64,000 nt of DNA. It comes from Prorocentrum cordatum (taxonomy: Eukaryota). Location of the stretch: the NCBI GenBank assembly GCA_963575745.1, contig CAUYUJ010000270.1:372001-436000 (forward strand). The letters are read 5' to 3'. The position numbers and the translations under genes were made by a program. Shown here in pieces: positions 49,474 through 60,838 of the stretch. Numbering within the stretch: the stretch's first letter is position 1; every line of letters begins with the position of its first letter. The notes below the pieces were generated by a model that was given only the letters and a program-made list of their open reading frames with translations, searched no databases and was not told the origin of the DNA.

Positions 49474-49750
49474 CCTTAGGATCAAATGGAATCCTAAAGA
49501 TTCCTAGGGATTCCTAAGGCATCCTTAGGCATCCTTAGGAATCCAAAGGAATCCTTAGGAATCCAAAGGAATCCTTAGGAATCCTGATTCCTAGGGATTC
49601 CGATGGATTCCTAAGGATTCCTGAAGAATCCGAAGGATTCCTCAGGATTCCTGAGGATGCTTAACTATGCTACGGATTCCTAAGAATCCCTACGGATTCC
49701 TAAGAATATTCCTAGGGATTCCTAAGGATTCCTATGGATTCCTACGGATG
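49474..49750. repeat. GGATTCCTAA / TTAGGAATCC 10-bp array with orientation switches
   Basis: Both orientations of the same unit are present. Confidence 0.85.
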
Positions 49751-50184
49751 CCTCAGCCTGCATCAGTTTCAGCCTCAGCCTCAGCCTGCCTCGGCTTGCC
49801 TCAGCCTCAGCCTCAGCCCGCCTCGGCCTCAGCCTCAGCCTGCCTCAGCCTCAGCGTCTGTCCTGCCTCGGCCTCAGCCTGCGTCAGCCTCAGCCTCAGC
49901 CTGCCTCAGCCTCAACCTGCCTCAATCACTGTTCCTTACTAGCCGGCCGCTCTGCGGTTGATCGGGAGTTTCTGTATATAGAAGAAGGTGCGTGCGCTTG
50001 TTGGCGAGGGTGAGGATGAGGTCCTCCTCCTCCTCCTCCTCCTCCTCCTCCTCCTCCTCCTCCATCCTTCTCTTGCCTCCGTCTGTCCTCCTCCACCCCA
50101 CAGCTCCATCATCTTCTCCTCCTCCTCCTCCTCCTCCTCCTCCTCCTCCTCCTCCTCCTCCTCCTCCTCCTCCTCCTCATTCCT

Positions 50185-53053
50185 CCTCTGGGCACCTCCC
50201 CCGGGGCGCGGATCCACCGGATCTGTCCGGATCTGTCCGGAAACGGTGCCGGAGGCCGCTCTGGGCTCCTCTGGGCACCTCCCCCGGGGCCGGTTTTGTG
50301 AGGATGTCTCAAGCGAGGGCGCCGGTTTGGGATTCGTCGGCGGATCAACCGGATCCAGCGGATCTGTCCGGAAACGGTGCCGGAGGCCGCTCTGGGCTCC
50401 ATGGGCACCTCCCCCGGGGCCAGTTTGGGATTCGTCGGCGGATCCACCGGATCCAGCGGATCTGTCCGGAAACGGTGCCGGAGGCCGCTCTGGGCTCCTC
50501 TGGGCACCTCCCCCGGGGCCGGTTTTGTGAGGATGTCTCAAGCGAGGGCGCCGGTTTGGGATTCGTCACCGGATCCCGGATCCACCGGATCTGTCCGGAA
50601 ACGGTGCCGGAGGCCGCTCTGGGCTCCTCTGGGCACCTCCCCCGGGGCCGGTTTTGTGAGGATGTCTCAAGCGAGGGCGCCGGTTTGGGATTCGTCACCG
50701 GATCCACCGGATCTGTCCGGAAACGGTGCCGGAGGCCGCTCTGGGCTCCTCTGGGCACCTCCCCCGGGGCCGGTTTTGTTGTCTCAAGCGAGGGCGCCGG
50801 TTTGGGATTCGTCGGCGGATCCACCGGATCTGTCCGGAAACGGTGCCGGACTCTGGGCTCCTCTGGGCACCTCCCCCGGGGCCGGTTTTGTGAGGATGTC
50901 TCAAGCGAGGGCGCCGGTTTGGGATTCGTCCGGATCCAGCGGATCTGTCCGGAAACGGTGCCGGAGGCCGCTCTGGGCTCCTCTGGGCACCTCCCCCGGG
51001 GCCGGTTTTGTGAGGATGTCTCAAGCGAGGGCGCCGGTTTGGGATTCGTCACCGGATCCACCGGATCTGTCCGGAAACGGTGCCGGAGGCCGCTCTGGGC
51101 TCCTCTGGGCACCTCCCCCGGGGCCGGTTTTGTGAGGATGTCTCAAGCGAGGGCGCCGGTTTGGGATTCGTCACCGGATCCACCGGATCTGTCCGGAAAC
51201 GGTGCCGGAGGCCGCTCTGGGCTCCTCTGGGCACCTCCCCCGGGGCCGGTTTTGTGAGGATGTCTCAAGCGAGGGCGCCGGTTTGGGATTCGTCACCGGA
51301 TCCAGCGGATCCAGCGGATCTGTCCGGAAACGGTGCCGGAGGCCGCTCTGGGCTCCTCTGGGCACCTCCCCCGGGGCCGGTTTTGTGAGGATGTCTCAAG
51401 CGAGGGCGCCGGTTTGGGATTCGTCGGATCACCGGATCCACCGGATCTGTCCGGAAACGGTGCCGGAGGCCGCTCTGGGCTCCTCTGGGCACCTCCCCCG
51501 GGGCCGGTTTTGTGAGGATGTCTCAAGCGAGGGCGCCGGTTTGGGATTCGTCGGCGGATCCACCGGATCTGTCCGGAAACGGTGCCGGAGGCCGCTCTGG
51601 GCTCCTCTGGGCACCTCCCCCGGGGCCGGTTTGTGAGGATGTCTCAAGCGAGGGCGCCGGTTTGGGATTCGTCGGCGGATCCACCGGATCCACCGGATCT
51701 GTCCGGAAACGGTGCCGGAGGCCGCTCTGGGCTCCTCTGGGCACCTCCCCCGGGGCCGGTTTTGTGAGGATGTCTCAAGCGAGGGCGCCGGTTTGGGATT
51801 CGTCGGCGGATCCACCGGACCGGATCTGTCCGGAAACGGTGCCGGAAGCCGCTCTGGGCTCCTCTGGGCACCTCCCCCGGGGCCGGTTTTGTGAGGATGT
51901 CTCAAGCGAGGGCGCCGGTTTGGGATTCGTCGGCGGATCCACCGGAGCCAGCGGATCTGTCCGGAAACGGTGCCGGAGGCCGCTCTGGGCTCCTCTGGGC
52001 ACCTCCCCCGGGGCCGGTTTTGTGAGGATGTCTCAAGCGAGGGCGCCGGTTTGGGATTCGTCACCGGATCCACCGGATCTGTCCCGGAACGGTGCCGGAG
52101 GCCGCTCTGGGCTCCTCTGGGCACCTCCCCCGGGGCCGGTTTTGTGAGGATGTCTCAAGCGAGGGCGCCGGTTTGGGATTCGTCACCGGATCCACCGGAT
52201 CTGTCCGGAAACGGTGCCGGAGGCCGCTCTGGGCTCCTCTGGGCACCTCCCCCGGGGCCGGTTTTGTGAGGATGTCTCAAGCGAGGGCGCCGGTTTGGGA
52301 TTCGTCGGCGGATCCACCGGATCCAGCGGATCTGTCCGGAAACGGTGCCGGAGGCCGCTCTGGGCTCCTCTGGGCACCTCCCCCGGGGCCGGTTTTGTGA
52401 GGATGTCTCAAGCGAGGGCGCCGGTTTGGGATTCGTCACCGGATCCAGCGGATCCAGCGGATCCACCGGATCTGTCCGGAAACGGTGCCGGAGGCCGCTC
52501 TGGGCTCCTCTGGGCACCTCCCCCGGGGCCGGTTTTGTGAGGATGTCTCAAGCGAGGGCGCCGGTTTGGGATTCGTCACCGGATCCAGCGGATCCACCGG
52601 ATCTGTCCGGAAACGGTGCCGGAGGCCGCTCTGGGCTCGAGCCCAGAGCGGCCTCTGGGGGAGGTGCCCAGAGGATCCTCTGGGCACCTCCCCCGGGGCC
52701 GGTTTTGTGAGGATGTCTCAAGCGAGGGCGCCGGTTTGGGATTCGTCGGCGGATCCACCGGATCTGTCCGGAAACGGTGCCGGAGGCCGCTCTGGGCTCC
52801 TCTGGGCACCTCCCCCGGGGCCGGTTTTGTGAGGATGTCTCAAGCGAGGGCGCCGGTTTGGGATTCGTCGGCGGATCCACCGGATCCACCGGATCTGTCC
52901 GGAAACGGTGCCGGAGGCCGCTCTGGGCTCCTCTGGGCACCTCCCCCGGGGCCGGTTTTGTGAGGATGTCTCAAGCGAGGGCGCCGGTTTGGGATTCGTC
53001 GGCGGATCCACCGGATGTCCGGAAACGGTGCCGGAGGCCGCTCTGGGCTCCTC
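50185..53053 (+). repeat. 122-bp satellite, ~21 full units plus partial units, with variable 9-bp GGATCCA(C/G)C subrepeat
   Basis: GTCTCAAGCGAGGG marker recurs at spacings mostly of 122, 131 and 140 bp. Confidence 0.97.
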
Positions 53054-53286
53054 TGCTCCCCGCGCCGGGGGTGAGGATGACGGTAGTTCCACAGAAACTC
53101 CCTCAAATTAATAAACACCCCGTCCCCCAGGCGAGTGGGGGCCAACCCGAGTCCATGACGACCCCCCCACCATCCCTTGTAAAAAACAATACAAAACACA
53201 CTGTGCCTCCAAATTCGGAACATGCGCAGCCAACCCGATGCGGCCCCCCCCCACCATCCCTTTCAAAAAACCGTGCAAGTACACTT

Positions 53287-53448
53287 GGCGGCGGCGGCGG
53301 CTGCGGCGGCTGCAGCGGCGGTGGCGGCGGCTGCGGCGGCTGCGGCGGCGGCGGCGGCGGCGGCGGTAGCGGTGGCGGCACCGGCGGCTGCGGCGGCGGC
53401 GGTTTGGCAGCGGGGGGCAGCGGCGGCAGCGGCGGGGGCGGCGGCGGC

Positions 53449-53503
<55 letters not shown>

Positions 53504-53556
53504 GCGGCGGGCGGCGGCGGCGGCGGCGGCTGGCGGCGGCGGCGGGCGGCGGGGCG

Positions 53557-53591
<35 letters not shown>

Positions 53592-53610
53592 AGGCGGCGG
53601 CGGCGGCGGA
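53287..53610. repeat. (GGC)n microsatellite
   Basis: Direct inspection. Confidence 0.95.
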
Positions 53611-53744
53611 TTGGCCCCCAGTAGCTGCCCATCCAAAGACGACTGCTGAATATGCTGAGGCTCGGGCCAGACTCGGGTGCTACGTATGTGTTGGGAGGGC
53701 GGGTGGGAGTGAGCGAGACGGCTTGCAGGCGGGGAGGGGGTCTT

Positions 53745-54800
53745 GGCCTCAACCTCAGCCTCAGCCTGCCTCGGCTTGCCTCAGCGCCGGCCTCAGCCTG
53801 CCTCGGCCTCAGCCTGCCTCGGCCTCAGCCTGCCTCAGCCTCCCCTCCCCTCCCCCCCCCTCCCCCCCCCCATTCAGCCTCACCTTGTCTCAGCTTCGGC
53901 CTGCCTCGGCCTCATCCTCAGCCTCAGACTCAGTCTCAGCCTCAGCCTGTCTCGGCCTGAGCCTTCCTCGGCCTCAGCCTCAGCCTGCCTCAGCCTCAGC
54001 CTGCTCAGCCTCAGCGTCAGCCTGTCTCAGCCTCAGCCTGCCTCAGCATCAGCCTCAGCCTCAGCCTCAGCCTCAGCCTCAGCCTCAGCCTGCCTCGCCT
54101 TGCCTCGGCCTCAACCTCAGCCTGCCTCGGCCTCAGCCTCAGCCTCAGCCTGCCTCAGCCTCAGCCTCAGCCCGCCTCAGCCTCAGCCTGCATCAGCCCC
54201 GGCGTCAGCCTGCCTCAGCCGCAGCTTGCCTCAGCCTCAGCCACAGCCTCAGCCTCAGCCTCAGCCTGCCTCAGCTTCAGCCTCAGCCTCAGCCTGCCTC
54301 GGCTTGCCTCAGCCTCAGCCTGCCTCGGCCTCGGCCTCAGCCTCACCCTGCCTCAGCCTCAGTGTCAGCCTCTAAGCCTCAGCCTGCATCAGCCTCAGCC
54401 TCAGCCTCAGCCTGCCTCAGCCTCAGCCTGCCTCAGCCTCAGCCTCAGACTGCCTCGGCCTCAGCCTGCCTCAGCCTCAGCCTCAGCCTGCCTCAGCCTC
54501 AGCCTGCGTCAGCCTCAGCCTCAGACTGCCTCGGCCTCAGCCTGCCTCAGCCTCAGCCTCAGCCTGCCTCAGCCTCAGCCTGCGTCAGCCTCAGCCTGCC
54601 TCAGCATCAGCCTCAGCCTCAGCCTCAGCCTCAGACTGCCTCGGCCTCAGCGTGCCTCAGCCTCAGCCTCAGCCTGCCTCAGCCTCAGCCTGCCTCGGCC
54701 TCAGCCTGCGTCAGCCTCAGCCTCAGCCTGCCTCGCCGTGCCCCAGCCTCAGCCTCAGCCTGCCTCGGTCTCAGCCTGCCTCGGCCTCGGCCTGCCTCAG
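53745..54800. repeat. (GCCTCA)n satellite with GCCT interruptions
   Basis: Direct inspection; sister arrays at 49750-49925 and 55123-55441. Confidence 0.95.
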
Positions 54801-54964
54801 CTCGGGCATTCAAAATATGGCAATACTCTGATGTTCTGGGAACACGAAGATCACGAAATGGCCCACAGTTGGCTCTGGGCAGTCAAAATATGGCCGTGAA
54901 GTTCCTGAACAATTACAGGAGAGGTTTTACTAAAGTGGTCTATGGTCGTCCATGCGGTCGCCAA

Positions 54965-55110
54965 TTATCCCGGCAAAGCAACCTAACAGCGATGTGTAGA
55001 AGCATAATTGAAAGCATTCCCCTTAAGATTCAAATGAAAATCCAGTTGTAGAATTCTGCTGTTCTCGCAGTCGTAGTCGCATTCGCGATGACAGTCGCAG
55101 CGGCAACGGC
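54965..55110 (+). repeat. ~146-bp module, copy 2
   Basis: Direct repeat of 49328-49473 at offset 5637. Confidence 0.92.
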
Positions 55111-55440
55111 AGTCGCAGTCACAGCCTCAGCCTCAGCCTGCCTCAGCCTCAGCCTCAGCCTGCTCAGCCTCAGCCTCAGCCTTCAGCCTCGCCTCAGCCT
55201 CAGCCTGCCTCAGCCTCAGCCTCAGCCTCAGCCTCAGCCTCAGCCTCAGCCTCAGCCTCAGCCTGCCTCAGCATCAGCCTGCCTCAGCCTCAGCCTCAGC
55301 CTGCCTCAGCCTCAGCCTCAGCCTGCTTCAGCCTCAGCCTCAGTGCCTCAGCCTTCAGCCTCGCCTCAGCCTCAGCCTCAGCCTGCCTCAGCCTCAGCCT
55401 GCCTCGCCTCAGCCGCCTCAGCAGCCTCAGCCTGCCTCAG

Positions 55441-55765
55441 CATTCAAAATGTGGCCCAGGATGGAGTTCTGGGAAATAGAAGAACACGAAGTGGCCTACA
55501 GTTGGCTCCGGGCATTCAAAATGTGGCCCGGGAGTGGAGTTCTGGGAACTTTGAAGAGCACGAAGTGGCCTACAGTTGGCTCCGGGCATCCAAAATGTGG
55601 CCCGGGAATGGAGTTCTGGGAAGTCGAAGAGCACGAAGTGGCCTACAGTTGGCTCCGGGCATCCAAAATGTGGCCCGGGAATGGAGTTCTGGGAAGTCGA
55701 AGAGCACGAAGTGGGGCAAAATGTGGCCCGGGAATGGAGTTCTGGGAGGTCGAAGAGCACGAAGT
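55441..55765 (+). repeat. ~73-bp tandem repeat x~4.5
   Basis: CAT(T/C)CAAAATGTGGCCC...GGAGTTCTGGGAA...CACGAAGTGGCCTACAGTTGGCTCCGGG at 55441, 55513, 55587 and 55660; diverged copy at 54805-54905. Confidence 0.92.
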
Positions 55766-56732
55766 GTGTGACTGTTTGCAAAAACGAGTGCGGCGGCAGC
55801 CGCGGCGGCAGCCTGTCCGGGTCCCGCCCAGACCCCCCCGAGGAGTCATGATGCTCTCTTTTGAGACCACTAGAAACCTATCAGCAAGAGCTGCTAGGTA
55901 AAAATCAAACAGGTAACCCATGTGGTCGCCCACATGGTCACCCCAAATCAATCTACTAGTTCATATGGTCGCCAAAATGGCAGCCACGGAATTAACCACC
56001 ATCTTATGTGGTCACCACGATGGTCGCCGAAAATACCATTGCACGCCGCGCGGTGGCAACGGAGGTCGCACAGCATAAAGGGCGGCTGAGCGAGCAGTCG
56101 CCCGAGTGTTAGCCCCAGCGGGCTGCAAGACCCGCGCGCCGCTCGTTGATGTCGCCGCCAGCGCGGCTCGGGAAATTAGCGCAGCTGGCGACGAAATCTC
56201 GCGTTCAGCGTCATGCGCTGGCGTTGCCGCGCTGGGCGCGCGCTGCCATCTTCTGCGCTGGGTTCTGACCTCTGTCGAGCCGAGCCCCGCGCGGAGACAT
56301 GGCGCTGGCCGCGCTAGCGGCATGGACGGTTCAATGGGGACCGACAGGCGCGCCGACAATGAAATGCGGCGGCGGCCGCGTTAAGTCGCAGTGGCGGGCG
56401 CTGCTGTCTCAGCAGAGGCGGCAACGGTGATCGCGCGCGGCCCCTGCAGAAGCATCTGTGCGCGGCTGCGGTCGCGATCGCGGTCGCTGCCGTGACAACG
56501 GTAGAAGTTTCAGCGCACCTAGGCCAACAGACGCGAACCTGTGGCAATGACAACTGGTGCATTTATTGTTGTGGCCTTGCTGCTCGTCGCGGCACCTGCC
56601 GATGTGCATGAGGTTTCCCGCAGTCGCCAGTCGCGGTGGCGACCAGGGAGGCGACGTTGCGCTCTCAAGCGCAATGCCGCTACACAGCTCGCAGGACACA
56701 GCCACGCGACTACGTCGGATTTTTGGTTTTCG

Positions 56733-56734
<2 letters not shown>

Positions 56735-56772
<38 letters not shown>
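56735..56772. repeat. (TA)n microsatellite
   Basis: Direct inspection; also (TC)n/(TA)n at 48774-48858. Confidence 0.9.
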
Positions 56773-56774
<2 letters not shown>

Positions 56775-57349
56775 AACTCGGAGGAGCGAGGGCGATGAGG
56801 GAGAAGAAAGGAGGACCCGCCCACGCCCCCCTCCGTCCAAGTCGCCTTCCCCGTCTCCTTCGAGCTATTAGCCATCGCCCTCCCCCCCTCCCCCATTGCC
56901 CCAGCCTCCTCCGCCTACCCTCGTGCTCTTCCTGACCCACCCGCCTTCGCCTTCCTCTGTGGCGGTAGCGAGCAGGGGCGGCAGCAACCACCCAATTCAT
57001 TTCCTTTCCATGGAGGGTTCACCGTCGCCTCTGGCAGAGGCTGGTCACAAACAGCCGTGCGACGTGCGCCGCGCAGCATGCAGCGTGATCACGTACCGTT
57101 GTTTTCAAGGGTCTCATATTTGTACTGTTAGCATACATACACACACGCTTTCCATCTGCTGCGGCCTGCTGCGCAGTCCACCTGCTTCGGCCTGGAGCGG
57201 CACGGCTTGGCATCGCCAGGTCGCGCGGGGCCAGCGCGTGCAGGCCTGCGGCGCGACCGCGCCAAGTAGAGAAACGTTGGCCCACCCTGATCTGCGCTGC
57301 AAGCAACGCCCCAGGCGCGTGCCAGCGCGGACCGACTATACTTGTATAT

Positions 57350-60300
57350 TCACTGCTTGCGCTTCACCTCGGCCCTGTCCTCGAACAGGCGCATCAGCGC
57401 GGGAGGAATGAGGCTGCACTGCTCATCGCTGAGGAGCGACAGGTGGTGCTTGAGGTTCCTCTTCAACTTCAGCGGCGTCGACTCGAAGTCCCTGCAGCAC
57501 ACCATCATCAGGCATGTTCCGTAGGTTGCGTTCGCCTGGTTCAGCGTCTTGCTGATCAGTTGCATCTGCTGAGAGCGGTCCGCGTCCTGGTCGCCGAAGA
57601 GGTCCCGAGCCTGCTTGGCCGCCGCATGCTTCGACGAAACCACCTCGATAGCACCCTTGATCTGAGAAGGCCAAACGTTCTTGAATAGCGTGGTCGTGGC
57701 TCTCTCGAGCCACGGGTTCATCTCTGTCCAATTCTCGCCGCCGTCGAAACACATGCCAGTCTCGCTGCCACTTACCATGGCAAACGCGAACAGCTTCTGA
57801 GCCGCCGCCATGGCGGCGGCCACCTTGGAGGAGCAGTCGCGGCCAGACAGCGCGCCGAGCAACTCGTTCAGCTGGCTGCGCCAGCGGCCCGAGAAGTCCA
57901 TGCCGATCTTATGTTGCACCTGAAAGGGCTCTGCAATCCCGCTGCCCCGACGCCGTCGCGCGCGACTTCACCTACGTACCCTTCCGCGGAGGCTGACATC
58001 AGAATGGGCCGCTGAAAGAGCAAGTGTCGGGGCACGGGTCAGAGGGGGGGTCTGAGGGCTGCAGGCCGGGGCGGCAGAGTGACGACGGTGGAAGGCGGGG
58101 GGGGGCAAGAAGAGAGGAGCTCTCGAGAGGGGGAGGGGGGGGGGGCGGTGCGCGCGGGGGCCTGGAAGGCAAGGCTTGGCCGCGCGCGTCGGCATTGAGG
58201 CAGCCAGGATGTTAAAGCCGCCGCGCCTCAGAGAAAGTCGCCACCGCGGCAACGAACTGGCGCGCCTGCGCCGAGCCGTCACTGTACCCGAGGATCTCCT
58301 CAGCAGTGGTGCCGATCCTGCGGTGCGCGATCATCGTCTGGAAGTCCCACTCGGGCTTCGCCAACTCAGTGAATGCCACTTTGATCGTCGTCATCTCATC
58401 GTTCAGCTCAGCCTTGAGACCCAGGAGGGCGATGCCGAGAACGGACGCCTTCACGATGTAGCGGCGCGCGCCTTCTGTCATGTTGACGTCCTCGCCCGTG
58501 CCCATGCGCCGATGCAGAGCGAGGACGAAGAAATCGATAATCTGCTCCAGAGGCGGGGGGGGGGGGGGGCCACGGCCAAGCCGAAGTCGCAGAAGACCTT
58601 CACCTGGGCAGTGAGGCTGGCGATGTCCTTGCGGCGGTTCCCACGCTCGCCATCGAACGCAAACTCGCCCAAGCCCTTGATCATCGTGGCGACGTGGTCG
58701 TCGATGCTGCTCTCCTTCTGGGTCCGAGCGATGAAGCTGCTGAAGTAGTCAGCCCGTGGCAGGCCGAAGCACACGTCATACGTGATCGCCAACAGCTCCT
58801 TCAGATCCACGACCTTGTCCTTCGCGAGTGCGTCCTGCTCGATCTGCTCCGCGAGGCCGTCCACGACCTGCAGCGTCGCTCGCTCGACGAGGGGCCTCCG
58901 CTTCACGCCCTGGCCCTGCCGAAGCTTACCATGAGCATCCTTCAAGAGCGCCCAACCCCGCATGACCATGGCCGCATCGTTCTTGAAAGTGAACTCGCCC
59001 CTGTTGGGCAACTGCTTCTCGAGGTTCTCAATGCGAGGCGCGTGCGTATCGCAATCCTTGCGCGTGCGAAGGAACTCAGACAGGAGCGCCTTGTAGTGAC
59101 TGTTCTGTTTAATGGCCGTCAAGATGGGGAACGGCATGCTACCTCCAGCCTCAGCAGCTTGCAAGCGGTCGAAGTCCTTCGACGATGCCTCGTGGGGCAT
59201 TGGCACGTCGGTGTCCGCCAGCATCACCACCATGACACCGCGGAAAACAGAGCACAGCTGGTCGGCTCGTTCCTCGCGCGGCTCGAAGCCAAGCTGCCCG
59301 TCATCAGAGGCAGTGGTGATCATCTCGAGGACCATTGCGATGACGCGCAGCAGCGCGTCGTGGCTCTTCTCGCCGTGCTTGATCATGGGCGCGAGGATCT
59401 TTGCCAGCAGGGTGTCTCTCAACCTGTCCATCTTCTCGGCAGGGCTGCCCTCGATGTGCCGAGCAAGGGGCTGACTAGCGTCGAAGGTGCCCGAATCCTC
59501 TGACACTGGCCACGGGCTGATCAAGTTCAGGAGCGCCTTGGTTTTTGCTTGGCCTTCGTGGGGTTGACCTTCGCTAGCTGCGACATCCACGTTGCCTTGA
59601 TGGGGTCCGTTTTCAGCAACTCCGATACGTCTGGAAAATCGTGGACGGAATCTCTGGGTCCTCCTCCCGCCCTGGATTTCGCCGCTGATGATGCCAAGCC
59701 GATCCTGATGCCGTCGACGCTCTTCTCGGGGGTCGCGGCGGCGCCAGCGGCAGAAGCCGCGTCGCCCTGAGTGTGGCACCTCCACCCACGACGCTCTCGC
59801 CCCCCAGACCGTCAACCTTCTCCGATGCCGAAGGCTCCTCGAGCATCGCCGCAAGGTCAGCGTCGCAGCCGCCCTCCTGAAGCCTCTTCTGTCGCTCAGC
59901 CTCCTCCTGGTCAGTTCGCTTCTTCACTGCGCGGGCCAGCAACGTGGAAAGGGAAATGACTGCACAGCCTGTGGGGTCGAGCTCACCCTGGAAAGTATTC
60001 TTCGCATGGTCGTGCACGAAGTCGCCCTGGGACTCGTGGGCGGTCAGGTCTGGGCGGGCCAACAGGTTCGATAAGGACACGCTCTCGGAGAACTCGAAGG
60101 TGAGCGTCTGAGGAGCACCCTCCAGATCACTCGTGAGAACGCCCAGGGTCGCCGCGCCCATCTCGTCCCAAAGCTTGAAGCATTTATACCCGAGCTGCTC
60201 TGGCATGTGCTTGAACTTGTTGAAGATCTCTGGGCGGGCCCAGAAACCGAGGACGCGCTGGCAGGATGCCTTCTGTTCGGAGACCTGCTCGACCTCCTGG

Positions 60301-60756
60301 GGAGAGAAGTGGTCCAGCGACGCGCCGTGATCGATCATGTGCGTCGAAGCGTCGTCAAACGTCTTCTTGAATGCCTGGTCATCGCCGTGCTTCTGCCCTG
60401 CATCCTCCTCTGTCATGCACGAGAACCCAATGAACCATGGTGCATAATGGGTTTGGCAACATATGTTGTTATCCTTCTTGTCCGCTGCAGCCGGTCTCTT
60501 ATCGCAGGTGTCGAAGCAGCAAACAGTCCTACTCTGGCGAGCGAGCTTGGGCTGCACGTGCCTCAGCATCCTTCACCTTCTGCTGCTGCGTCCTTCTCTT
60601 CCTCGGAGCAGCGCCAGCTGCGCCTGAAGCAAACGTGCTGGCGGCGAGGCTCAAGACCGTTCCAGTGCCGTCATCGTCTGGCGCGTCGGCGGAACCTCGG
60701 GCGCCGCTGAGCTGCTTCTCGACAACCTTGCGAGCAAGCCTCTCCCTGTTCGCCAT
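57350..60756 (-). pseudogene. ~1000-aa uncharacterised protein gene, frameshifted, probable retrocopy with one intron
   Basis: ATG at 60756 (MANRERLARK); overlapping protein-like ORFs 60529-60864, 59613-60569, 58478-59854, 58212-58505 and 57350-57919; about 4 frameshifts, one in a G-run at ~58555-58568; Cys/His cluster CCFDTC..CCQTH. Confidence 0.7.
57920..58226 (-). other. Putative 307-nt GC-AG intron
   Basis: TCT GAG|GCGCGG ... CTTTCAG|GTG CAA joins the two ORFs in phase 0 (..TFSE-VQHKIG..). Confidence 0.6.
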
Positions 60757-60822
60757 CACTGCGGGTGAGGGGCGTTGGTCTAGCCGACTGTCGGCGTGCG
60801 AATCGCACCTGTCACAGCGACA

Positions 60823-60838
60823 TTCGAGCCAAAATGGC
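60823..60838 (-). other. Relic spliced leader in the 5' UTR
   Basis: GCCATTTTGGCTCGAA has a 13-nt exact match to the leader and lies ~66 nt upstream of the ATG at 60756 on the same strand. Confidence 0.7.

Noticed and set aside
50185..53053. CRISPR-like array or repeat-protein ORFs
   Set aside because: Units are contiguous with no unique spacers and no cas genes; the ORFs are by-products of a stop-poor satellite
53103..55771. Long Ala/Pro/Gln/Ser ORFs (e.g. 609 aa)
   Set aside because: Translations of GGC and GCCTCA repeats, open in several frames
55968..55990. Leader-like GCCATTTTGGC on the minus strand
   Set aside because: Only 11 nt match, lacks TCAAG, sits among GGTCGCC repeats and has no downstream ORF
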